64,000 nucleotides of DNA from NCBI RefSeq assembly GCF_964204645.1, contig NC_134034.1, positions 6,050,914-6,114,913 on the forward strand. The letters run 5' to 3'. The notes under the pieces were generated by a model. The model was not told where the DNA came from. It was given only the letters and a program-made list of their open reading frames with translations, and searched no databases. The translations under genes were made by a program, and so were the position numbers. Below are positions 49,601 to 61,600 of the stretch, one piece after another. The DNA is from Tubulanus polymorphus. Lineage: Eukaryota > Animalia > Nemertea. Positions within the stretch are counted from its first letter, which is position 1. Each line of letters opens with the position of its first letter.

Positions 49601-52600
49601 TCTGGTGGTGCCCTTAGGCCGCCTCAGAAGCAGGCGCTTGCAACAATATTGGAAGGTCTTCTGGTCTCAGTCGAAGGGCAACTGGGAGGCCTTGATTCCC
49701 GTACCTCCAACCGATCTAAGTCCGGATCTTCAGTGGTGGGCGGCCACTACGAATCTTCGGCTCGGGGTGTCACTAGCCCCGTTAGAGGCTCCAGTTCGTG
49801 TATTCACGGATGCCAGTCACCAAGGTTGGGGGGCACATCTGGAGAACCGAGTCAAAGCCGGGAAATGGTTTCGCTACGAGGCCACCAACCACATAGGGCC
49901 ACCATGTTTGGTTAGCCACAGACAATTCAACAGTGAGGGCTTACCTTCAGAACCAAGGGGGCACTCACTCAGAAACCCTCACAGGTCTGTCGGCCAAAAT
50001 TCTTCTTTGGTGCCAGACAAAGGGCGTGTCCCTGACTGTGGCACATTTAGCAGGGAAAAGGAACGTGATGGCCGATGCTCTGTCTCGTCGAGGTCAGGCT
50101 ATTGCGACAGAATGGGTTCTCCGCCAAGAAGTAGCCGATCGGGTTCGGGGCATTTTTGGCAATCCGCTGCTGGATCTGTTTGCCACCCGGTTCAATCGGA
50201 GGTGTCCTCTGTTTGTGTCCCCGTTTCCAGACGCGGAAGCGTGGGGGGTCGATGCCTTCTCTCTGGACTGGTCGGGGATGCATGCGTATGCGTTCCCGCC
50301 CACACCAGTCCTGCCGCGCTTACTGGATCAAATAGAGAGATCAGTCAATTGCAACATAGTTCTGGTAGCACCATGTTGGCCGGCTCAGAAATGGTTCCTA
50401 CCACTTCTCAACCTACTGTGCGACAACCCCAGGATTCTTCCGAATTTCCCATCGCTTCTGTCTCAGGGGATCTTTCGGCATCATCCAAACAGCCAGTGGT
50501 TAAATCTGCTCGCCTGGCCATTGTCCAGCGATCCTTGTCAGCTTCTGGCTTTTCAGAACAGGCTGCCTCCTTTATCGCAGGATCTAAGCGGCCATCAACA
50601 AGTACCATTTACGATGCCAAATGGAGTCATTTTGCGGATTGGTGTGCTGCAGGGGAAATTGATCCATGCTCACCCTCTGTAGCTCAATTGGCAGATTTTT
50701 TACTGCACCTATTTGTAGCAAAAGGTTTACAGGTCATAACTATTAAAGGTTACCGCTCCACGATTTCTCATACATTGCGTGCTTCTGGATGGCCAAATGT
50801 AGCAGGGGATCATCGGATATCCCAGCTGGTTGCTGGGTTTTCTATTTCCCGGCCTCGGGTAACAAGGACAGTTCCACCATGGGATCTGTCTGTAATTTTG
50901 AAGAAGTTAATGGAGGCTCCATTTGAACCTCTTTCGGCAGCGTCTTTTGCAAATTTGTCAAAAAAGACTGTATTTTTGCTGTTCTTGGCTTGCTCGGCCC
51001 GTCGCTCTGAGATTCATGCGCTTTCAGTCCGACAAGGTCACATTGTCTTTGGGCCAGCGAATGAATTTGTTTCGCTGCGGCCTGCTTTGGAATTTTTGGC
51101 AAAGAACCAACGACCAGGCTCGGTTGGGCGTCAATGGCGAATTGAAGCCCTAAAACATCGAGTGGAACCGGGCATCCCGGACAGGACTTTATGTCCTGTG
51201 CGGGCGTTGTGTTTCTATTTAGATCGCTCTGCTTCACGGAGGGTTTCACGGGAGCGGTTATTTATTCCGCTGCTGGATCACCTAAAGGGTGATATTTCGC
51301 GGGACACAGTGGCCCGATGGGTCTCTTCAATGATCAAGGACATTTTATTGAAGGAGAATCTTTCCTCGGAGGGAGTCCTTTCTCATCAAGTGAGGTCTAT
51401 GGCTACTTCCTGCGCAGCCTTTTCGGGTGCTCCGTTGGAGGAAGTCTGTCGGGCCGCCTTTTGGAATTCACCGTCGACATTCACGTCATTTTATTTACGG
51501 GATGTTTCAGGCCAGTTAGGCTCATTAGCTTCACTTGGTCCTGTTGTCATGGCTCAAGGTGTCCGTTCTTTCCGATCGGACCCTTTAGTGTAGAATATTT
51601 ATGTAGCATTATCAGGATCACAGGGGGTGTATCCTTGTACATAGTTTGGGCTCATATCTGCAAGTATTAATTTCGCAAAATTCTGGGGGGGCCCCTGAGC
51701 TGGACGGACTCACTGTGGCCAACCGGTCTTCCCTGTGCTACAGTGCTCCATTCCGTGCTTGGGTAAGTGCTCTCTTTTTCCCTCTTACATTGCGTTTGAG
51801 CGGTGGTTTTTCTATCTACCTTTCCCACCATCCTTGTGCTAGGCTAGTCTAGCAAAAACCATAGGAAAGGGTACAGTACTCGATGGAAATATTACAATTT
51901 TTGGAACTAAAATTTGTATTTCCGAGTAGTACTTACCCTTTCCTATGGTGGGAATCCCGCCCACCTGCCCTGCATAGCTGTTTTTTTTGGTCTGCTATGA
52001 CGAAAAAAGATGGCGGATTTCGCCGGTGGCTAAATGCAATACCGCAGGGCCGGGTCGTATAGAAAAACCATTGGCGATAAATCCAAATTTAGAAAATATT
52101 GGCAAAAACCATAGGAAAGGGTAAGTACTACTCGGAAATACAAATTTTAGTTCCAAAAATTGTAATTTTTATCCCTGTTTTATACATACGTAAAACCTTT
52201 CCACTGCACCATTGCCTGCCCGGTGATACGGTGTAGTTCTGCTTTTCTTCATACCAGTCAACTCGCATTACTCCTTGATCACTACTATTGAATGCTGGAC
52301 CCTGATCCAAATGATGTTGCTCCGATTTTCAACACAATTTTGTTATATAAATATTTAGCCACCGTTCTAGCTGTCTCATTCTTAGTCGGAATAGCCATCG
52401 TGAAATGGTTGGTCATAACGAGTACCTTTTCGAAATCTTGACTCGGCTCCAATGTAAAGATATCAAAACAGAGTAACTCCATCAGGTATGGTGTCTCGAT
52501 ACTGAACTCGGGGCAATTTGTGTAGGCGTCGAAGCCTTCAGCAGAACACAGCACTAACAACTTTTTAGATATTCTCCAACATCTGATTTCATTCCAGGCA

Positions 52601-55600
52601 AACATCTCCATTTCAGCAAATCATGACCGGGAGGTCTTTTCAGTAACTCTGCGGTACAAAATATCATCCTGCAGCTCCAACGACTTAACACATCGATTAC
52701 CGTTTTCCCATGGCTTGGTTGTTATAGTTCTCAAATAAGAAACAATGCCTCGAAAAGTTGAATCATGTTCTTGCAAGTTACGCATTTCTACCTCAGCTAT
52801 GTCTGTGAAGTTTTGCTTTTCTTGTCCCCACAGTACTCTCCAGTCTTCCATTCCACAGTTTTTTGTTTCCCCTTAAGATTTGTGACTCTGGTTAACAATT
52901 TCATTAGCGGAGCAGCTATGCTAGCATAGTCTTTGATAAACCGTGTATTATATCCTGAAAAACCCTAAAATATTTGTACTTGGGTCACAGTCGTAGGCGC
53001 TGGGTAATCCTTTGCAGTGCTTTACTTACCTGGGTCGGGTTCATTTCTCTTCTCTGCAATCATGTGATACAGGTAAACAATAGCTGACCATAAAAATTCA
53101 CATTTGATGGTTTCAGCTTCAATCCAGCAGAAGCTCAACGGTCAAACACTTGCTCAATCTTTCCAAATACGCCATAAATGTGTTAGAAAAAATAAGTAAG
53201 TCGTTGATGAACACTAGACATTCACGAAGATTTGAGTCTGCCGGATCCTCTCCATCAAGTGATTCTTGTGTTAATTACAATGAATCTCATTTTAATAGTT
53301 ACTATATTCTTTAAAATTGATTACTGACAAGGTCTAGATTATTACTGTGGAAGGGCAGAAGAAAAATGTTTGATTACTTAACAAGATGCTTAAAGAGCAT
53401 ATGCCATCAAAATAGAATATTGTGCAAAATTAATTTTCAAATGTGATTTATTCACAAATATCATATATGGAACTGGTTTGAATTTTAGTTCAGTCATTAC
53501 TGAGAAATATGACTTTTAAATCGGCAATTTCAGCACGTGCTCACTGTTATTGTTTATCTTAGCAGGTGCGTGTTTCTGACGTCATCTCTGACAAAAGCTT
53601 GCGGCTTCCAGTCATTTCACTAAACAGTTCATGCCATATTTTATCGTTTTGGGAGTGATTTGTATAAATAAACTCTTACCATTGTATAGTGTTGCTACCG
53701 TTGTATATGCCATAATAATAGTATATAAGTGAGTAGCACTGTAGGTCAGTGAATACGGTGAACAAATGATGTTCATTTTAACGATTATACATAGCCTACG
53801 CGTACTAGCTTGCACATGTGCTTGTGTTGATTGTCATAATTAACATCACAAATAGCGCCACCCAAGGGTTGAATATGAACTATACGCACGCAGTGAAGGA
53901 TAAATAGATGAATATTCCACTAATTATTACGGCTAATTCGTGCTCCTTTTTTTCAATAAGTCACATCTCAGGTCGTTATATGTATACTTAAGTTTCTTCT
54001 GGTTAAGAAATCGCGGAAAGTACAATTTTGATGGCATTTGCCCTTTAAGATTACTGACAAATTTGTGAATTATTACTCGCAATCGCTATCTGCACCATGT
54101 TGCCCTGAAATTTTAGCTGAGTTGGCGCTGACAAATACTACATAGGCTGTTTGTTTCATATGTGGTAAACTTTTAACCGACGAGCATATTTATTTGGAAA
54201 TTTGAAGCTTAGGAGAACTGAGCATGCTTGCAGAACGTCAGGGCCCTCTTGTTTCTGTATTTGTTAACCAGGGGACGATAAACATTGGTATTATCAGATT
54301 GTCAAGCATTTGTCGGCATGGTGGCTGGATCTCTCATAAGTCACCAATCTTAAACTGCAATTTTAACAAAGTGACCAATGGAACAAATATTTTTGGTCTC
54401 CATTTTATGATAGGCTTTTCTTGACCAAAAATATTATTCCATAGAGTTGCTATCTTGCATGTCAGTCATAGAAATTGCGCAAATTACTTGTATTAAGCTT
54501 TTTGCAATTGAAAAATGTCCTTAGAATTGAGGTAGAAATTAACATGTTTCAAATGAAACATGCTACAGTAGACTCCGCCTTAACCTGTATGGTTTGGACA
54601 TATGCAGGTAAGGCTAAAAAAAATTGATACCTTGTTTCTCCGCTCTGCTGAGCTTAAATGTTGACCCAGCCGGCCGCCTATCTACCCTATACATTACTTT
54701 TTGGTTTACCTTTGTCAGCGATATGAAGTTGGCATTGAGCCAATTCATGTAAAATCGTGGTACGTTTTTTTATGTGAGCATTTGTCTATTTGGTTCTCGG
54801 CTTAAACGACGTATAATCGACGCGATTAAAGATATGGCGAACCTCCGTCGATGACATGGTCAACATTGTTTAAATTCTACAAAAAACTGTTTTTGGCGGG
54901 AAAATTCTTAGCTCTCGCGTATATAATTGCAATGACCTCGTTTGAGGGGCGTTGTCTCTACGAGCGAATGTGATTGGCTGTTTTTGGGATATACGGGGAA
55001 TTCCGGCGCTACTAAAATAATCATGGGAAAGCCATAGAATGGCGAACGTTTCATTGGACTAGGTGCCGTACGTGCAAATTTCAAATGCTCATTGCTGATG
55101 AGAATGTAATTATTGTCCGCCATAGGTATTGTTTCATTTTGATACCCGGTGATCAATTTGATCCAGACTGAAGTACAAGCGAACATTCACTTACACAAGG
55201 CCTATAGACTGTGCTATAGACTGTTGCATACACAAACACACGCTCGTACAGTATACACTACTATAGTGATACTGTAAACGCTGCCTGCTGGCGCGTCTGA
55301 CATTTCATCAACAGAAGATGAGCGCTATGTTTTCTGTTTGATATAATTTATAATAAATTGTAATTTCTTGTGACCTGAAAATATTAAGCAGCAAACTATA
55401 GGTATAGGTCGAGGTCTGAATATTGTAATGGTTAATTCCAAGATTTAAAATGATCTAATACTACGCTCCGGTGTTTTAGATTCCACGGCCATACATTGGA
55501 AGAGGTTTCGTTCCCAAGACTCAATATTCAGCCACTCTCTGATATGTGACATCATATGAATTTTATTTGAATATTTTTTCATATTGTGAAAAATATTTCT

Positions 55601-58600
55601 TTGAAAATATAAAATAGTTTCCCTGCCGCGCCTACCTGTACCCTACGAAATTTTGGACGTGGACCAAACAAATGTATATTTTTGGTCTTATTTGACTACA
55701 AAATATTTCTTTGAGAAAGATGAAATACAATAGAACTTTGAAGTCACGAATTAAAAAGATTTTTCAAGCAATGCCCTTACCCCAAACAACCTCTAGCTTT
55801 CAAGGTAAACCACACTTTGCCCATGGGCAATTTATTTTAAAATCGTGATCAATTTTACCATAACAGACCCGGCCGCTATAGAAATGAACTGTTTATAAAT
55901 TTTATCATATTTTACAAAAATGACCCGGCCGCTGCGGAGAAACAAGGTATCATTTTTGTTTAGCCTAACAATTACTATTATTATTTCATACAATCATCTC
56001 GACTATAACATGAGATCCAATCTATGCAATTTAAATGATAGGCCCAATAGGCCCTAAAAGACACCACAATTACTTCAAGTCTTCTTTGAAATTCGGCAAC
56101 ATATTTCTTTACCTCAGTTCATTAATGACGCACTGCAGACGGAATTCATATGATATAATAGGAACAAAATGAACAAAAAATACGTTGAATTCTAGGCATT
56201 CTTGTTATGCTGCATAAGAGTAACATAGGGCCATTAAAGATTGATAGCGTTGTATTGTTGTTGCAGAGCTGTTACATTTTACTGGTTTAGGCACTGAATG
56301 AACAGAAAAGAAGTCAAAATTTTAAAGAATAAGGCGGATTCACAAATACAGTGAAACTGGCAAAATTTAAGTAATGAAAAACAGTAGCAAATAGAAATAT
56401 TGTGTATGTTTATTTTACTGAATTGAATGGCTAGCGGGATAGACCAGTACCAGTTGAGGTGGAGTCTATATTTCCATTGATGTAAAGTTACAAGTACTGG
56501 TTTCTATGAATGAATGTGTATATCATACTAACAGCTGAGTATCATGATTTATTATTGGCAAAAATATTTTCACATGTTATTGGTTGTCTATATTACCTTA
56601 TTTGATTTGACACTTAGCCTTCACAACTGTTTTCACTAACCTCAAAATTCTGTGTTTGCTTATTGCACAATTGCACACCGGGTGAACATGATAAGACTTC
56701 CGACCCATATAGCTAGTAAATTTGAATGACAAAAGTTGCTATGTACAGTTGGATTTATCAAAAAGGCTGCGTAGTTCTCTAACCCACAATTGACCCCAAA
56801 TATTTGAATATGCTTGAAAAATAGTGAATTTGGTTGCTCTAGCTTAGATGGCATCTCTGTAGGTATTGATATTTTGGATCATGCAAATGGCGGCATCGAC
56901 ATCCTGCACCTATACCCACATAATGCCACATTTATATACTTGCATGAAATAAAATGACGAGCGTTAACCTAGATTTATTATGGACTTTCGCTTTAGCGAA
57001 GTCCGTTTTGTTATTCCATATGAAACTTTCTTCCTTTGGTACAAAATAACTTCCAAAAGAGGCTTAGTTTCTCTTTGGAACTTTTAAGATATTCAATGCA
57101 GTGATAAAAGCTCTAACCCTATTGAATTTCATCGGAATCCGTTGCTTATTTATCAATTTAGTTATTTATTTGTTGTTGGAACTACATTTCGTTTCGGAAG
57201 AACACATGCCCTTTTACGTATTTTCATGCTTCACACACATGCTCGTTACAGATTGCTGCTATTTGATTTATTGATCTGTGCATGTATATGAAAAGCGTGC
57301 CTCGCGCCTGGCCTAGTTTCCTGGAAAATGCTAATGATTCAACTGCCAGGGTTCATCGCGGCTGGCCGTGAAAAGCAGTAAACAGTGGATAGAAATCGTC
57401 ACACCATGAACGTGGAGTGTCTATTTGAGTCGGTGGGGAAAACCAACTACCATGTAAATTAATGATAATAATAATCTATATTTATGATGAATGAATCATC
57501 ATGCAGTTGTGTGTGATGGAGATTGTATCAATAGACAGATTTTCATGAAAACTTCTGGATTCAATCGAGGGGGACATCTAAGGCTTTTCTGATTACTTGG
57601 AGCATGGATTCTCTAAAATTCTGCCTTAAAACTTCATGCCGAAGATAGGAAGGCCTATGCATTTCCATTCAAAATTCGAAAAAAGACATTTTTTTCTTGA
57701 TATTTTCCGTAAAAAGTCAGTCTTCTCCCATCATTTGAATTCAATCCAATAGTTTTCACTATTTTTCATTTGTTCTGCTTATAATCTCTAATCTAGAGTA
57801 CCAATGTTTAATTTTGATGCTGGATTAAACATACACTCATGTAAATTTAGGAAAGTCAATATGAAGAATTTCGTTTCTTGTTTGGTTATATGTTCATATG
57901 AGGAAATGAATACTCTGCTCAATTTGTTATCCATTTGAAGAGCTATCAAAATGTAGGTTCCTTTGGTGAATGAGCCAATAATCTTTATGAATCATTGCCA
58001 TAAATTTGTAATCATGAAAATGAGTAGTAAAAAGTTGTAGAATGAGACACAATATCTTTCTGTTCTGTGGATGGCAGTACTGTGTTTATACTGATAACAA
58101 TGCAATCCAATAAAGATTGATTGCTTCCAAGTTTTCTAGGTGGGCTCTTCAACCCGGCCACAAGACTTATGTTATCAGATTATCCTTGATACCACCTACC
58201 GGTTGATCTACAAATACTCCATCTGCCATTAAAATCTTACTTTCTCCAGACTGAACCGTACACAATTATGATTAATGGAGGTATATTCTTGCCTTTATGT
58301 ATATATTGCAGGATATTATTTAAGAGCTTGGACTTGTTCCCGTTTTACCAAAAAAAATCACTCCCATATTGAAACCTTTAAATTTTTAAATTTCGTAGTT
58401 ATAAAGTCACTGTGTTGTTTTAAAATCGTATTTGCCTGTGCTGGTCTGTCTCTGCGTGAATTGGTAGCAATGAATATTGGCAGCACCCGATTGGGATCTA
58501 TGCACAACAATATGGACCATTTACTTCTATATGGATTCTATTGCTACCAAGTAGTACATGTGAAGGTATCATTAATACAGAAAACTGCTATGCTGTACCT

Positions 58601-61600
58601 TGAATTCTGATATCATTGCATTCAGTTAAATGTCAAATTTTTAGTGCTGTGAGGGTTGAAACTTTTTTCATTCCATATATTTAGGGAATATAAACTTTTG
58701 AAGTTTGTTATCTATACGTTGCAAATGACTAATGTATGCGCATTTATACATAAATATTTATATATATTTTCAGTCAGAGAACATGGAGAATTTGATTGGT
58801 TTCAACATGATCAGTTATCGTTCCTGTAAAAACCTATGGAAATCTTGTGTTGAGCATCATACGTTCTTCCGTTTACACACTCCGCTTCCACCAAAAAAGC
58901 ACTTCTTCTCTTTAGGATCGAAGTTTCGATACAGGTATATCTTCATTTCTGCTCCAACAAAGTATGGTTTGCCAATTTTTTCATCTCTTTTCATCTCATG
59001 ATACTTTTTAGCTCACTTGGAACTTGAGTCCCAGAGCGATATTGCACTCCCTTTTTGTACATTATCCTTCAGTTTGTTCATTTGTTCCAGTTATTTTGGG
59101 AGGTTTTCATGACGCTTCAATGGATTTTCTTGATGTTTGGTTTATACATGTATCTACCCTAGACATATCTGCAGCCCCAAAACTGACCTGATCGGAATCA
59201 AGTTTGCGGACTGGTGGCCATTGCATTGGTGTTCGCTAAAATCAGCACTTAACTCATTTGTAAAAGATTTTTAAGGAGAATTTTGAAAATGCTTCTATCA
59301 ATTATCTTGATCTTTTTATCCTTGACCTTTTCGTACCAAAGAACATCATTTTGGCCTGAAATTACAAGACCTGTAACATCACAAGACCTGTAACTTCCTA
59401 ATGGTTGCTATTTATCATAGACATTTTTGATGGGTATGCTTTGGAAAGGGATCTTTGACATATCAGAAGGGTTTTTCAATCAGTCGATTGTCACGCTGTC
59501 GGTGGTCATCTAAGTATCATCAGTCCTCATTCGTAGATGGGGAAAAGATTTTTGGAGACAATAATGACAGGTTTTAACTTATTGTCTTGATGTTTGATAA
59601 TTGTCTGCAGATTTAGGATCATTTTATATTGGCTAAGATTGAGCTGATCACTCTATATATATGTTCTGATGGTTTTTGAAATGTGCTAGAATTTACCATC
59701 AATTGCTGTTTCCAGAGATATGATAAACCATTGGCATCAAAAATGTTCTTAATGAATAAAAGGGACTCTTTAAATCAATACTTAATTTGCACATTTTGGG
59801 GTAAAATACTCAAGGCAACATCTTGCAGACCCAGTGATAACTATCTGTAGCAAATTCAACAACACCTGTGTGAATGGATACTTACATTTAGTCCATTAAA
59901 AAATTTGAGTAACCTGATCTGGGTAGAACAGTCTAAAGCCGGGTGTAGGTCGACCTTGCGACGCAACGCGATCGTCGCGTTGTGTCACAAGTGGCTGCGC
60001 AAGTCGGTTGCAATGCGGTTGTCAGCGACTGTGTGCGACTAGTTGCTGCCAGTCGCAACAGCACGCAGGTCGGTTGCGTCGCGTCGCAGAAAGTAGAACA
60101 TGTGCGACTCATTGCGACTGGCGTCGCTGGCAGTCGCAAGGTAGCGTAGGTCAGTGAGTCGTTGCGACGCGATCGTCGCTGGTACGTTTTTTAATGTGAG
60201 CATTTTTTTCATTGGTTCTCGGGTTAAGCGACGTATAATCGATGCGATTGAAGACATGACGAACCTCCATCGATGACATGGTCAACTTTGTTTAAATTCG
60301 GCGAAAAACTTTTTTTGGCGGGAAAATTCTTAGCTGTTGCGTATAAAATTTCAATGACCTCAATTGGGGGCATCGTCTCTACGAGTAAATGTGATTGGCT
60401 GTTTTTGGGATACACGGGGGAATTCTGGCGCTACTAAAGTTATTATGGGAAAGCCATTAATGGCGAACGTTTCATTGGACTAGGTGCCGTATATGTGCGA
60501 ATTTTAAATGCTGGTGAGAATTTAATTATTTCACATATCCGCCATAGGTATTGTTTCATTTTCATACCCGGTGATTGTGTTGATTGAGATTGAAGTGAAG
60601 CGAACATTCACTACTTGGAGCGCATGTGTAGTGAAGAGAACGTTCACTACACAAGGTCTCCATGTGCGCGGGAGTGCTAAACATTTGACTGTTGCACACA
60701 CAAACACACGCTCATACAGACTACTATATGGTGATGCTGTAACGCTGCTTGGCGTGTGCATGTTTGGTATGATAACAGGCTGAATAACCGTCGTAGCAGA
60801 AGATGAGTGCTGTGTTTTCTGTTAGATAGAATTTGTAATAATTTGTAATTTCCATATTAAATTGGTAACGAGGCATATTTTGTTTTCACATTCAATTACA
60901 AAATCGTAGCTGCTGACATGTTCTATGATTGTGGTGAGTTTCATGGTCATTGGTTTTTGTATATGGTCACCAGGGGGCGTTGAATATTAAAATTGTTAGA
61001 TTTTTGTGCATTTGAAACCACTTCCCAAGTGGGCATGGTGTCCCTGGACCCCTAGTTTGGAATTGAATCGAGCAGCCTCGGTAGCTCAGTGAGATAAGGG
61101 GTGATGCTGTTGCATCCATTATCAGTGCTGAATGACAAGTGGGTTCGAGTCCTGCTTGCTGCTTACAGTGTGCAGGCAACACTTCAAAGGCCGTCCCATC
61201 GTGAGGTTAAATGAACAATCCAATAGGGTTAAAAACCAAGGTCCGAACGACGTAAACAGACAAAAAGACAAACAAGCAATCATCAGCCTGCCTCAGTGAC
61301 ACCAACGCCGGCATCGCTCTCCGTGCGACGTCTTGATGCGTACGTTTGTCAGGTTGATCTACCTATTATGCAGAGTATTTTGCTTTCAGAAAAATCGTAC
61401 TGTTTTTGTTTTCATTATTCAGCAATAGGGCCTATCAGTTCACGTAAGAAAAACCACTGTCAGTCGAGATTACCCCTTACAGTTGTACGTTGAATATGAA
61501 TTTGTGTAGCCGAAATTGTTGTATTAAATGGGTTTTTGTATACAAATCTTGATTGATATTATCTCTTGGCTGGGACATGATGGAAAACATGAGAATAAAC

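Larger units (their letters stand above)
46126..52166 (+). mobile_element. DIRS1-like tyrosine-recombinase retrotransposon, full-length, defective
   Basis: Non-identical ITRs 46126-46265 and 52002-52166; internal complementary region 51852-51949; gag, RT/RNaseH/MT and YR ORFs; no TSD. Confidence 0.97.

Noticed and set aside
49362-51593. 743-aa ORF as a novel RT-recombinase fusion protein
   Set aside because: Created by a deletion/frameshift in RNase H; the middle part is the alternative frame of the RNaseH/MT region.
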